64,000 nt of DNA from Candidatus Latescibacterota bacterium (GTDB lineage: Bacteria > Latescibacterota > UBA2968 > GCA-2709665): assembly GCA_965219455.1 (NCBI GenBank), contig OZ244744.1:1728001-1792000 (forward strand), given 5' to 3'. The notes under the pieces are model-generated. The model was given only the letters and a program-made list of their open reading frames with translations, ran no database searches and was not told the DNA's origin. The position numbers and the translations under genes are program-made. Positions 33,311-43,386 of the stretch are shown here, piece by piece; the stretch's first letter is position 1, and each line of letters opens with the position of its first letter.

Positions 33311-33340
33311 AAAGTACGTCAGGAGTGTACTGTTTGTCAA
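33311..33340 (-). promoter_or_regulatory. Sigma70-type promoter of the orphan-MTase-nuclease operon
   Basis: TTGACA-18 bp-TACTTT on minus strand. Confidence 0.55.
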
Positions 33341-33420
33341 GTCTATTTGCAAAAGTACTGGGGCGGTACGGGTGGCTGTGAGTACGGTCGCTTACCGGAG
33401 TCAACATCCCGTCACCCACC

Positions 33421-34395
33421 TCATCCCACCTCTGTAATTTGATACAGCGGGTCCAGCCCCTGCGCGATCCGTTCCACGTTCTCCGCACAGGCCTCCCCGC
33501 GCCTCCTCGATGTACCATAGGTCTGGCCTGCGGTATGGGGCGTGGCGACTACGTTCGGCATTTGCAGAAACGGATGGTCCGCAGGCAGCGGCTCCTCGGC
33601 GAACACATCCAGCCCGGCGCCCTTGATCCGCCCGCTGTGCAACGCCTCGACAAGTGCGGCCTCATCCGCGATTTCCCCTCTGGCCACGTTGATCAGCACC
33701 GCCGTGGGCTTCATCGCCGCCAGCGCTCGCTTGTCGATCATATGCCGCGTTTTCGACGTCAGCGGCACGTGCAGCGACACGTAGTCCGCCTGGGCGAGCA
33801 CTGTTTCCAGTTCAGATGGATCCACAAACACTTCCACCCCCAATTCATCCAGCCTCTCTGGCGGGATCTCCACGGCATCGACGGCCGCAATCCGCATTCC
33901 CATCGCTTTCGCCCGCGCCGCCAGCGCCTGTCCGCTCGCGCCCAACCCCACCAACCCGAGCGTCTTTCCCGCAAGTTCCTCGCTCAGCGGCAAGTAAAAC
34001 ACCTCCGACCGGAGGTTACGCACGTGCTCGTCGAACCGTTTCGCGAAATACAACATCAGGAACATTGCGTGCTCCGCCAGCGCCACCGCGCTGAACGGAC
34101 CCGGCGTATTGGCAAGCGCCAGCCCTTTTTCAAGGAAATACGCCACGTCCACGTGGTCCACCCCCGTGCCCAGCACCTGCCACAGCTTGACGCGGGCGGA
34201 CAGCGCGGCGTCGATCAGGGCTCGAGTGCCCACCGACCCCCCCTGATCCACCACGACTTCCGCGCCCTCGAACTGTTCGGCCATGGGTTTCGCCGGATCG
34301 TACAGGCACACCTCATGCCGCTCATCGACCGCCGTCCTGAAGTCGTCGTAACACGGTTGCAGCATATCCTCCACACTCAGATATAAGACCTTCAT
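33421..34395 (-). CDS. D-isomer-specific 2-hydroxyacid dehydrogenase
   Basis: GLVGLGASG, LHVPLT, INVARG, GLDVF.EEP, TPHTAG. Confidence 0.92.
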   Translation of the reverse strand: MKVLYLSVEDMLQPCYDDFRTAVDERHEVCLYDPAKPMAEQFEGAEVVVDQGGSVGTRALIDAALSARVKLWQVLGTGVDHVDVAYFLEKGLALANTPGPFSAVALAEHAMFLMLYFAKRFDEHVRNLRSEVFYLPLSEELAGKTLGLVGLGASGQALAARAKAMGMRIAAVDAVEIPPERLDELGVEVFVDPSELETVLAQADYVSLHVPLTSKTRHMIDKRALAAMKPTAVLINVARGEIADEAALVEALHSGRIKGAGLDVFAEEPLPADHPFLQMPNVVATPHTAGQTYGTSRRRGEACAENVERIAQGLDPLYQITEVG

Positions 34396-34537
34396 CTGTC
34401 ACGATCCTCCCGGTTGCGTTTAGACACTCACCAGTTAGAATCTCACCACCCCCATAACGTCCCCTATTCCCTTGCCCTTTTTAGGTAGACTGCGAAAGAC
34501 CATTTTGTAGGTTCGTGCTTTTGCCGCGCGGAAGAGC

Positions 34538-34644
34538 GGGCGATTCGCGAACCGCCCCTACACCAAACGGCCATCAGTGGTATTCTTATCGCCGTGTTAC
34601 GCGGCCATCGTCGGATTTGTAGGGGCAACCCTTGTGGGTTGCCC
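34538..34644. repeat. Inverted pair of GTAG-family REPs
   Basis: gggcgattcgcgaaccgcccctac 34538-34561 and gtaggggcaacccttgtgggttgccc 34619-34644. Confidence 0.75.
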
Positions 34645-34785
34645 TCGTGAAGGCGCAGTCATCGGCGATAGGCATCACGCGGCAGTATTGCTAACCAATA
34701 TTGGGTGTCTGTCGACAACTGATTGCTCCTCGCTGGTGAGAAACTCAATGAAATTTACGATTAAAACGCCTTTCCAGAGGACTAA

Positions 34786-34994
34786 CAGAGCAGAGCGCGC
34801 TATTCCGTCCAGCGCTGAAGATTGGAGTACCTGCGAGGTTAGCAGGGCAGAGTACCCGGTGCGTCTGCGGCGTGATTCGCGCTGTGCATATGGCAGGCCC
34901 CGCGCCCAGCGGCGACTTTTGGTTCCTTTTGGTCGCTTCAAAAGGAACACGCCGTAGGCAGGGAATTAGGGGAGATGTGGATGTTGAATTTGGT
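34786..34994 (-). repeat. ~210-bp structured intergenic element, copy 1
   Basis: Reverse complement aligns to 41276-41486; 120-nt core 34875-34994 has 4 mismatches by manual alignment. Confidence 0.88.
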
Positions 34995-35043
34995 TTTCGC
35001 TCTTAGCTGACGGCTGAGAGCTGATGGCTGGTTTTTTAGGATT

Positions 35044-37044
35044 CTAATAATTGTGAAACCCGTGCCCATGCCCAGGAAACCAGATCAGGTCGATCACCTG
35101 CGCAATGCCGATTCCAACGCAATAGCCGATCACCGTTCCGTAGAAAAACGGTTTCGCCTTCTGGTACATCCGGGGCCCCCCGTAGTGCACGATCAGCAGC
35201 TTCGCCGCCCACACCATCATGATGCTAAACACATAATATCTCGGGCCGGTTGTATACTGGAACGCCAAGCCCAGCGGGTGCAATGGCCACCATGGAAACC
35301 AGGTCCGCAACAGGGCCAGCAGGCCCGCTTCGGCCGCGCCGAACAGCCAGACCCCCAGCTTCTGGGGGTCGAATACGGTCCGGTCCGCCTCACCGATGGA
35401 CGTTGCCAGGCCGTTGAATATGCCGTGCGGCCCCTCCCATAACGTCCACGATCGCAGAAACAGCGCGGACTCCGTATAGCAGAAATAGATAATTAAGCCC
35501 ACGCATACCAGGAAGCTGACCACGAATCCCGAAAAAACCGTCCCGCCAATCCATCCCCGGCGGGATTTCAGACGGTCCATCGCCTTCAGATGATGCGGCA
35601 ACATCTGAATCGTCTGCAGCCGGCCCCCTCCAAAAAATATACTGCTGTTCAAAAGCCCCAATCCGACCAGGTTGCGGGTATCCATTGTCGCCGTGCCCGT
35701 GATGGACTTCAGCCACCATCCGCCCTTGCCGCCCACGGGTACGAGGTATCCGAACCCGGTCGCCGCCATGTATTTCGCGACCGTGAAGTACGCAATGAAC
35801 ATCAACGTCATCTGTCCCAGGGCAAGGCTGAACGAGAGGCCCACCGCCATGAAGAATCCGCAGACAAAACTCGCGCAGATCACAAGCCCCGCCACCGCGG
35901 TCCGATAGGACACCGGACCCTCTCCCGCGTCCCCTCCTTCCCAGGTCTTCTTCCATACGTAAGCGAGGTGACGCCTGGCCATCCAGATGGACCACACCAC
36001 CAGGATCGTCATCGCCCCGTGGCTTTCCAGATTGACGATTTCGTTGCCGGTCGAGGGCTGCCCCGCCAGGCCCACCGTGAACCCGGTCCGATTCATCACA
36101 CCGACCTTCACCACCGCCAGCAAACCCATAAACCAGAAACTGAACAGCAGATCCAGGCGGCACAGATAACCCAGACCGATCACCAGCGGAAGTACGCGAT
36201 AGTAGACGCGTGGGAAATTCTGGGCCACCACCATCCACTTGGTATTCACCGAATCGAAGAGCGTAACGCGCGGCACCTGGGGATACCAGAACGTGATGAT
36301 GTTCCAGCAGATGATGCCCGCGGTCCAGGCGAAACCGAACCAGAACAACGGAGACCGGAAGAGCATCGGAATACAGCGACCGCGTCCGATCCCCTCGGTA
36401 AGGTCCGCTGGAAAACTCACCAGGGGGTAGGTCAACCGCTCCGCATCGGCCCATTGGCGATGAAAGATCGTGGTAACAAAAAAAGCCACACCCACCATGG
36501 CGAGGCTGCCTGTCAGCCACCAGCCCACCGGCGCAAACCACCCGGACCACGGAACCGTCTCCCCTTTGCGCAGCCCGAAATAGAACCGGTCCACAATTTC
36601 CGGCACGGGTTCGGGAAACGCCCAGTGCGGCAACTCGTCCAGGAACAGGTCTGCCCAGCGATTCTCGGGAGTGGCGAAAAAATGCGGCGCGGGAAGCGCG
36701 CCCGTCATATACCCCGTCCAGCCCACCCCCGGCATCATTCCCGCAATCCACGCCATGGCGAAGATGACCATCATTTCGGTGCGGGAAAGCACGCTCCGGG
36801 GCGCAACCCGGGCGATCACCATATTGATGGTCACCCAGATTGTAAACAACAGGATCAACGATACGGGAAAATTGGACTTTACCAGCGACCCCACGTGCAG
36901 CACCATCGACCCGGCAATACCGTAATAGGCCGACGCGGCCGCCGTCACCAGACCCAGAACCACCGATCGCGCCGTGATGCCGTTCCGCCCCGGAACGGGG
37001 TCTTCAAAACCGTCCTGGCTGTCTGTAAGACGCGCCTGAGCCAT
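35044..37044 (-). CDS. DUF6785/DUF6784-type polytopic membrane protein (putative OPT-like transporter)
   Basis: RQWADAERLTYPL, WWPLHPLG, YGGPRMYQKAKPFFYG; many TM segments. Confidence 0.78.
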   Translation of the reverse strand: MAQARLTDSQDGFEDPVPGRNGITARSVVLGLVTAAASAYYGIAGSMVLHVGSLVKSNFPVSLILLFTIWVTINMVIARVAPRSVLSRTEMMVIFAMAWIAGMMPGVGWTGYMTGALPAPHFFATPENRWADLFLDELPHWAFPEPVPEIVDRFYFGLRKGETVPWSGWFAPVGWWLTGSLAMVGVAFFVTTIFHRQWADAERLTYPLVSFPADLTEGIGRGRCIPMLFRSPLFWFGFAWTAGIICWNIITFWYPQVPRVTLFDSVNTKWMVVAQNFPRVYYRVLPLVIGLGYLCRLDLLFSFWFMGLLAVVKVGVMNRTGFTVGLAGQPSTGNEIVNLESHGAMTILVVWSIWMARRHLAYVWKKTWEGGDAGEGPVSYRTAVAGLVICASFVCGFFMAVGLSFSLALGQMTLMFIAYFTVAKYMAATGFGYLVPVGGKGGWWLKSITGTATMDTRNLVGLGLLNSSIFFGGGRLQTIQMLPHHLKAMDRLKSRRGWIGGTVFSGFVVSFLVCVGLIIYFCYTESALFLRSWTLWEGPHGIFNGLATSIGEADRTVFDPQKLGVWLFGAAEAGLLALLRTWFPWWPLHPLGLAFQYTTGPRYYVFSIMMVWAAKLLIVHYGGPRMYQKAKPFFYGTVIGYCVGIGIAQVIDLIWFPGHGHGFHNY

Positions 37045-37202
37045 ACCCCCGGTCCTCTGAGCAAAACCCGGCAGGTCGCCGGCAATCGGTCATCCCCTTT
37101 GTCTCAATCAGGCGCCGTTGAACCCCACGCCGACGTCCTCATCGCATCTGTCTCCCCCTTCAGCACGGCGAAGGAGGCTCGACGATCGGGCTTCGCGGTG
37201 CT

Positions 37203-38033
37203 TCAGCCGCCGGGAACAAACCGCCTCAGATAGTCCACGGCCCTGGGAACCGCCGTCTCCTCCGCTTCCACGGCCTGTCCTTCGTAGACCACCGAAACCC
37301 AACCGTTGTAATCCACGCCTCTCAAAATCTCAAAAATCCTGGGATAGTCCAGCCAGGCCTCCTCACCGGTCTGAATCCTGTAAATCTTCGCGCGCACGTG
37401 CACGGCCATCGGCGCCGTCTCCGCGATGCTCCCGTAAAAATCCAGCGCGGGATCTTCCCGCCCGTTTGCGCCGCTCGCCCCCGGCGACCCCACGTACTGA
37501 CCGGTATCGAGAATATGCGAGAGATAGGCATTGTCCACCGTCTCGATGATGCGGCGCACATCCTTTCCCGTACGGGTCACACACCCGTGGTTGTGGTTGT
37601 GCAGACCCAGGACGACTCCCTTATTCTCGCCATACGCGGCCACCTCCCGCATACATGGCATCATCCGTTCCCACACCTCCTCTTCCGACGCGCCTCCGCG
37701 CACCCACGCCGCAAAAATCCGCACCAGGGGCACACCCATGAAAGCAGCCACGTCCACCCACGATTTCACCTCGTCAACCGCGCTGGGCAGCTCGGGCACC
37801 GGCCTGCCGAAATCGTTGCTCACCCCGATATAGGAAATCGCCAGCCCGCGCTTCAGGCATCGCATCCTGACATCCCGCAGATACGCCGGCTCGGTGGACG
37901 CAAACGCCCGCGTATGAATATCGATCCCATCCAGCCGCAGTTCATGCGCCCTGTCGATAAACCCGGCCAGGTCTAACTCTCCGTTCGCAAATTGATCCTT
38001 GTAGCTGAGCGACATACAGCCCAATTTCATCAT
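37203..38033 (-). CDS. Sugar phosphate isomerase/epimerase (xylose isomerase-like TIM barrel)
   Basis: VRIFA, LHNHNH, LDTG, YNGWVSVVYEG; start refined to MMKLGCMSL. Confidence 0.82.
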   Translation of the reverse strand: MMKLGCMSLSYKDQFANGELDLAGFIDRAHELRLDGIDIHTRAFASTEPAYLRDVRMRCLKRGLAISYIGVSNDFGRPVPELPSAVDEVKSWVDVAAFMGVPLVRIFAAWVRGGASEEEVWERMMPCMREVAAYGENKGVVLGLHNHNHGCVTRTGKDVRRIIETVDNAYLSHILDTGQYVGSPGASGANGREDPALDFYGSIAETAPMAVHVRAKIYRIQTGEEAWLDYPRIFEILRGVDYNGWVSVVYEGQAVEAEETAVPRAVDYLRRFVPGG

Positions 38034-38088
38034 CCTGTCGTTCTCCTTGAAAAAGCCGGCGAACCGCCCGTTTTCGACCGCCAGCAAC

Positions 38089-39216
38089 TCAAAACGCGGC
38101 AAGGACTTCAACAAGCCTGTCGACGTCCGCGCTGCCGTTGTACAGATGCGTGGACACCCTCAGGCGGCCGTATTCGCCCCAGCACAGTACCCCTTTCGCG
38201 GCCAGACGCATTTCCAGCCCCTTCGCATCGTCCACGGCAAAGCAGGTATTTCCCGACCGCGCCCGGCGTTCCATGGGACTGATTACCGAAAGTCGGAGCC
38301 GCTCCAGACCGGCGCTCACCTGCTCCGACAGATCGCGCGCATGCGTATCGATCCGATCCATACCCACGTCCAGCAAGACCTCCAGCGCCTTGTCCAGGTG
38401 CATCACCACCATCATCGCGGGGTTTCCCGGCTCCATCCGGTCCGGCATCGGTTTCTCGTCCACATCGGGATGGCGCTCGGCGCGCTGGGCCGGCCAGACC
38501 GCCAGGTTCCGCCAGCCAAAGCACGTCGTCGCGATCTGAGCCTCCGCCCGTTCGCTCACGTAACACGGCGCGACACCATGCGTCGCCAGCATCCATTTGT
38601 AACTGCTGCTCACCGTCAGATCCGCCAACCCGGCATCGACCCACACCACCCCGGACGCGTGGGTCGCGTCAACCGCCAGCAGCACCCCCCTGCCCCGCGT
38701 CCCCTCGGAGAGCCGTTCCACGTCCAGATTCTGCCCCGTGTAGAAACTCACCTGGCTTACGGCCAGCACCCGCGTGCGTGCGTCCACCGCCGCCAGGAGA
38801 TCCGCCTCGTGGACGAACCAGTCGCGGTGCGGCACCATACGCACCTCCACACCCAGTCGATCCAGTTGTTTCCACGCATAGGCTACCGACGGGAACTCCA
38901 GGTTCGTCGTCACCACGTTATCCCCCTCCCGCCATTCCAGCCCCCTCGCCAGCCAATTGATGCCCTCCGCCGCCGACGGCATGAAGGCAATACGTTCCGC
39001 TGGCACGCCCCAGAGTTCGCTCAGACGGCCCCGGCACCGGTTACCAACGTCATAAATCTCGCCCCGCCCGTCATATCCTCCGCTCTTCAGGCGCGCAAAC
39101 TCGGCATAGACCGCCTGTTGTGCCTTCAGCCAGGGGCTTTCTCCTCCTGTACACAAATGCGTGACGCCTTCCAGTCCCACAAATTCATCCGGCGATATCA
39201 ATGGCGCGATCTTCAT
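38089..39216 (-). CDS. Class-V PLP-dependent aminotransferase (cysteine desulfurase/IPN epimerase-like)
   Basis: EFPSV, VDATHASG, SSYKWM, RVSTHLYN. Confidence 0.88.
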   Translation of the reverse strand: MKIAPLISPDEFVGLEGVTHLCTGGESPWLKAQQAVYAEFARLKSGGYDGRGEIYDVGNRCRGRLSELWGVPAERIAFMPSAAEGINWLARGLEWREGDNVVTTNLEFPSVAYAWKQLDRLGVEVRMVPHRDWFVHEADLLAAVDARTRVLAVSQVSFYTGQNLDVERLSEGTRGRGVLLAVDATHASGVVWVDAGLADLTVSSSYKWMLATHGVAPCYVSERAEAQIATTCFGWRNLAVWPAQRAERHPDVDEKPMPDRMEPGNPAMMVVMHLDKALEVLLDVGMDRIDTHARDLSEQVSAGLERLRLSVISPMERRARSGNTCFAVDDAKGLEMRLAAKGVLCWGEYGRLRVSTHLYNGSADVDRLVEVLAAF

Positions 39217-39255
39217 AGACCCTCGTCCTCGAACGGACACGGAACGCCGCGTCCC

Positions 39256-40299
39256 TCATACATGAAAAATGTACAGATCCCGATCCACTTCGGACGGCTC
39301 TACCCGGGCCCCGTTCCGGCGGTGGCTCTCGGCCACGGCAAAACAGGCCTCCGTGATATGGTGAGTTACCTCCACGTTGCCCAGCGACGGTTCGCCCGAC
39401 TCGTATGCCGCCACCAGATCCTCGAGACACGCAACCACGGCGCTTTGTGGATCCACCTCCGGAAACGCCGCTGCTTCCACAAACCGGTGTCGTCCTCGCG
39501 GGGCGCCCGTCTTGCGCAATTCCCACCCCACCCCGTTGTTGCGCGAACGGATCGCACCTTCAGCGCCCACCACCTCAAACTCCCAGTGACCCGCGGGAAT
39601 GGTCCAGGCTTCAACCTCGTTCTCGAATTCCAGATGATATCGGGATACCGGATCCTGATCCAGCCGGTTGTTCTCGATGACCAGGTCCTCCGGAAGAAGC
39701 TCGCCGCGCACCCGCGCGATCTTCGGATCGCCCAGCAGATACGAAAGCGTGTCCATCGAATGGACGTGTCCGTGCAGCAGATTCGAACGGGCAAAGTGCA
39801 CCGCCACGTTGACCTTGCCGATTTCACCCTGCGCGATCAGCGCCCTTGCCGCGTGGTAACGGTTGTCGAATCGCCGCAGGACGCCCGTATTGAACACGGT
39901 TCCGTGTTCCAGGCAGGCATCCCGGACCGCGTCGGCTTCCGTCATTGAACACGCCATTGCCTTCTCCAGGTAGAGCATCGGTACGCCCGCCCGGGCGACC
40001 TCCACCCCCATGTCGGCGTGCAGGACCCCCTTCGTGCATACGGCCACCATATCGGGCCGTTCGACCTCGATCATCTTCAGGTAATTCCCGTATAACGCCG
40101 ACACCCCCCACTTCTCGCCAAAGGCCCGCCGTTTCTCCGCCACCAGATCCGATCCCGCCACGAGTTCCAGTCGCTCGCTGGCCTTGCACGAACCGGCCAC
40201 CGAATACGGCAACGGAATGGAGGGGTAGTCCACTACCTCCTCGTCGATCGTACTGCCCATCCGTCCCAGACCCACAATCGCAACCCGATACGTCTTCAT
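39256..40299 (-). CDS. Gfo/Idh/MocA family oxidoreductase
   Basis: VAIVGLGRMG, YLEKAMA, RRF, HGHVHSMD. Confidence 0.88.
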   Translation of the reverse strand: MKTYRVAIVGLGRMGSTIDEEVVDYPSIPLPYSVAGSCKASERLELVAGSDLVAEKRRAFGEKWGVSALYGNYLKMIEVERPDMVAVCTKGVLHADMGVEVARAGVPMLYLEKAMACSMTEADAVRDACLEHGTVFNTGVLRRFDNRYHAARALIAQGEIGKVNVAVHFARSNLLHGHVHSMDTLSYLLGDPKIARVRGELLPEDLVIENNRLDQDPVSRYHLEFENEVEAWTIPAGHWEFEVVGAEGAIRSRNNGVGWELRKTGAPRGRHRFVEAAAFPEVDPQSAVVACLEDLVAAYESGEPSLGNVEVTHHITEACFAVAESHRRNGARVEPSEVDRDLYIFHV

Positions 40300-40474
40300 G
40301 TACTGACTCCTTTCGGCTTTGAAAAAGACAACGCGCCGACAATTCAGCACGGAAGTCCGCCTACGAGCAAACGGACGTTACGTGTATCGATATCATACCC
40401 GCTGCCTTCGACGCGAATCCGCAGCGATCACATTCCATAATCCGGCGTTGTGCTCCTTTACGCCGTGGAGATGC

Positions 40475-40503
40475 ATTTTAACACCCCAAAACAGACCCGT
40501 CAA
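40475..40503 (-). promoter_or_regulatory. Sigma70-type promoter for the Gfo/Idh/MocA operon
   Basis: TTGACG-17 bp-TAAAAT on minus strand. Confidence 0.55.
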
Positions 40504-40657
40504 GCCCAAAAACGAACTTTCAGGTAGCTCCACGGCGCTTGCGCCGGTGCCTGCCATGCTCTATTTTAGTCCTGCGTATCGAGATATCCTCCGAGCGCAC
40601 CATATTTCCTGACCTATAGCCCTTCCTCAATCGACTTCGGCAGCACGGGCATTCGCC

Positions 40658-41197
40658 ATGCAAGAAGGCAACGTCGTTGCGTCTTTCCCGATTGAAGGAA
40701 CCGAGACGCTCTTCCGGTACCCGCGGTGGCGCGATCTGGACGCCTTCATCGACATGCACCGCACGCTGACGTGCGAAAAAGTCATGTGCAGGCGCCTTGA
40801 ACTCGACGCCGTTTCCGGGGGCCGTGAGCTTTCGCAGGCCCTGGTCGGCATTAAACGGAACCGGTCGAGTTATCTCCTGGTCGAACAGCACGGCGTCCTT
40901 CTCGGCGAGGGATTCACACAAAAAAGCGGTCACGACTACTGTACGATAGGCCTTGCCCTCATTGCCCTCGGCCGGGGGCGGGGGATAGGCACTCGGCTGA
41001 TGCATGCCCTCGAGAGTGAATCCCGCCGCCTCGGCGCGCGACGGCTATTCCTCACCGTCTGGTCCGCCAATACCTCCGCCGTTCATGTCTACGAAAAAGT
41101 CGGGTACATCGAATCCGGGCGCCGCCCGGACTGGGTGTTGATGGACTCCGGCGACACCTGCGATCTCATCGACATGGTGAAAATCCTGGATGAGTAG
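40658..41197 (+). CDS. GNAT family N-acetyltransferase
   Basis: RGRGIGTRLM, N..A...YEKVGY. Confidence 0.85.
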   Translation: MQEGNVVASFPIEGTETLFRYPRWRDLDAFIDMHRTLTCEKVMCRRLELDAVSGGRELSQALVGIKRNRSSYLLVEQHGVLLGEGFTQKSGHDYCTIGLALIALGRGRGIGTRLMHALESESRRLGARRLFLTVWSANTSAVHVYEKVGYIESGRRPDWVLMDSGDTCDLIDMVKILDE

Positions 41198-41275
41198 CTG
41201 TAAGCTATCAGCCGTCCTCGGACCTCTCCCCCCGGCTGCTCGCCTCCGGCGGGTGAAGAAAAAAAACAGGGTAAT

Positions 41276-41486
41276 ACCAAATTCAAGATCCACATCTCCC
41301 CAGATTCCCTGCCTACGGCGTGTTCCTTTTGAAACGACCAAAAGGAACCAAAAGTCGCCGCTGGGCGCGGGGCCTGCCATATGCACAGCGCGAATACCCA
41401 TTGGAGACGGTACTGGGGATTTTGTCCTGCCAGCCACGGAAGAACGGCGATCCTCGGTGCTGGACGGAACAACGCGCTCTGCTCTG
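41276..41486 (+). repeat. ~210-bp structured intergenic element, copy 2
   Basis: Inverted copy of 34786-34994; hairpin GTTCCTTTTG-aaacgac-CAAAAGGAAC. Confidence 0.88.
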
Positions 41487-41603
41487 GGAGCGCTCGAGAA
41501 AGACCTCGCGTTTGACAAGCGAATGCCACTCTGAGGGCGAGCGATCAGCGGGCCTGTCGCAGTTTCAATTTAGGGTATCGTCAAGAATTCTCCGGAGACT
41601 TCA

Positions 41604-42842
41604 ATGAAATTAACGCATGAAGAGAAGGCGATGCGGGCCGGAGAGATGGGGCAGGCCGCGGGGGAGGCCCTGGCGCAGCAAATGAAGGTTGGGGCGTTCT
41701 TTCGTGCGGCTGACTTCGTGCCGGTACGAACCGTGCACGTGATGGCCGATATCGAGGCGCTTGCGGATCCGGGGCTTCGTTTTCTGGAAGAAACAGCGGC
41801 GGGGGGCGGACGTTTCCGGGTCCCGGTCACCACCAATCCCAGGAGTGTGGATTTCTCGCTCTGGAGGGAGGTGGGACAGGAAGAGGAGGAGGTGATCAAA
41901 GAGCGCCGCATCGTGGATGCGTTGACGGCGATGGGCGCACTCCCGTGCAACACCTGCATCAATTATCAGACCGTGGACCCTCCCAGGTTCGGCGAACACC
42001 TGGGATGGGGCGATACGGGCACGGTGATCTTTGCGAACTCGGTTGCCGGCGCCAGGTCCAATTTCGAGGCGGGTCCCGCGGCCGTGTGGGCCGGGCTCAC
42101 CGGCCGGGTTCCGCGTTACGGGTTTCACCTGCCCGAACGGCGGCGCGGCACGTTACGCGTCGTGGTGGCCGATCAGCCCCGGACGAACAGCGATTGGGGG
42201 GCGCTTGGCTGCGTGGTGGGACGGCAGGTGGACGACTACTGGCGGGTTCCGGTATTCGAGGGCGTGAAGGATCCGCCGTCGATCGACGACCTGAAACACC
42301 TGGGGGCGGCACTGGCCAGCTACGGATCGCTGGCAATGTTCCATATGGTGGGCGTGACGCCGGAGGCGCGCACGTCCGACGAGGCCTATCAGGGTCGGAA
42401 GCCGGATGAGACGATTGTCGTATCGCCAGGGACGCTGCAAGCGGCGTACGATTCCTTCCAGCCGGAGAAGGAGGCCGTGGACCTGGTGGTGTGCGGCACG
42501 CCGCAGCTATCTCTGTTCGAGCTTGAGTCGATTGTGGATCTGCTGCGCGGAAGACGGGTGCACCCGGACACGACGCTGTACCTGGCCACCAACTATCAGA
42601 TCAAAACGCTGGCGGATCGAATGGGACACACGGAGACCGTGGAAAAGGCGGGCGGAAAGATCCTTACCGGTGTCTGCTTTTATATCATGAACGCCCGGGG
42701 GCTGCGGGAACGGTTTCAATATCGCACGCTGGTGACGAACTCGGCGAAACTGGCGAATATCATCTCGGGCTACGGATACAACCCGGTATTCCGACCGGTG
42801 GAAACGTGCGTGGATGCCGCGGTAACGGGAAAAGTCACGTGA
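41604..42842 (+). CDS. Aconitase X catalytic (large) subunit, DUF521
   Basis: TCINY, ANSVAGARSN.E, LTGRVPRYGFH, LGAALASYG..AMFHMVGVTPEA, TNSAK. Confidence 0.88.
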   Translation: MKLTHEEKAMRAGEMGQAAGEALAQQMKVGAFFRAADFVPVRTVHVMADIEALADPGLRFLEETAAGGGRFRVPVTTNPRSVDFSLWREVGQEEEEVIKERRIVDALTAMGALPCNTCINYQTVDPPRFGEHLGWGDTGTVIFANSVAGARSNFEAGPAAVWAGLTGRVPRYGFHLPERRRGTLRVVVADQPRTNSDWGALGCVVGRQVDDYWRVPVFEGVKDPPSIDDLKHLGAALASYGSLAMFHMVGVTPEARTSDEAYQGRKPDETIVVSPGTLQAAYDSFQPEKEAVDLVVCGTPQLSLFELESIVDLLRGRRVHPDTTLYLATNYQIKTLADRMGHTETVEKAGGKILTGVCFYIMNARGLRERFQYRTLVTNSAKLANIISGYGYNPVFRPVETCVDAAVTGKVT

Positions 42843-42901
42843 ACGACTGACTCGATGGGGTTTCCCGCTCGTCGGACCTCCACGGAAAGTCGAGAGCGTT
42901 T

Positions 42902-43333
42902 ATGATGACCGATACTATTGTACTGCACGGGCATCCGGGCGTCGGGCCAGACGCTGAAGGCGTTGCGCTGGTATGCAACGAAGGCTTCAGCGCCCGGTAC
43001 GATTATGACAGGTACAGGGGAGTCATCAGCCGGGAGACCCACCCGCTCTTCGGGCAGTCGATCGCTGGAAAAATCGTCGTGTTTCGCACGTCCAAGGGCG
43101 GCGTGGCCACGTCCTGGATGATGCTGGACATGGTGGCGCGGGGCACCTGCCCGGCGGGATTCATATTCGGACGCACCAACCCGGTAATGGTACAGGGCGC
43201 GGTGCTGGCTGACGTGGCGTTGATGCACGAACTGGAACCCGATCCACTCGCGACCGTCCAGACCGGAGATACCGTCCGCATGCGCCCGTCGGAAGGTGTG
43301 GTGGAGGTCGTGAGAAAATTTCAGTGTCGCTGA
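42902..43333 (+). CDS. Aconitase X swivel (small) subunit, DUF126
   Basis: HPLFGQSIAGKIVVFRTSKGG. Confidence 0.87.
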   Translation: MMTDTIVLHGHPGVGPDAEGVALVCNEGFSARYDYDRYRGVISRETHPLFGQSIAGKIVVFRTSKGGVATSWMMLDMVARGTCPAGFIFGRTNPVMVQGAVLADVALMHELEPDPLATVQTGDTVRMRPSEGVVEVVRKFQCR

Positions 43334-43386
43334 GCACGGCGAAGCTGCGGCAGGCGAGGATCGGTACAATTGAGGTACCGCAAATT

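Noticed and set aside
34786-41486. Diversity-generating retroelement TR/VR pair
   Set aside because: Differences between the two copies involve all bases on either strand, not just adenines, and there is no reverse transcriptase in the window
34675-41607. ORFs 34675..34950 and 41320..41607 sharing MFLLKRPKGTKSRRWARGLPYAQRE
   Set aside because: Similarity arises from the DNA repeat; frames diverge by indels after the core and there is no RBS
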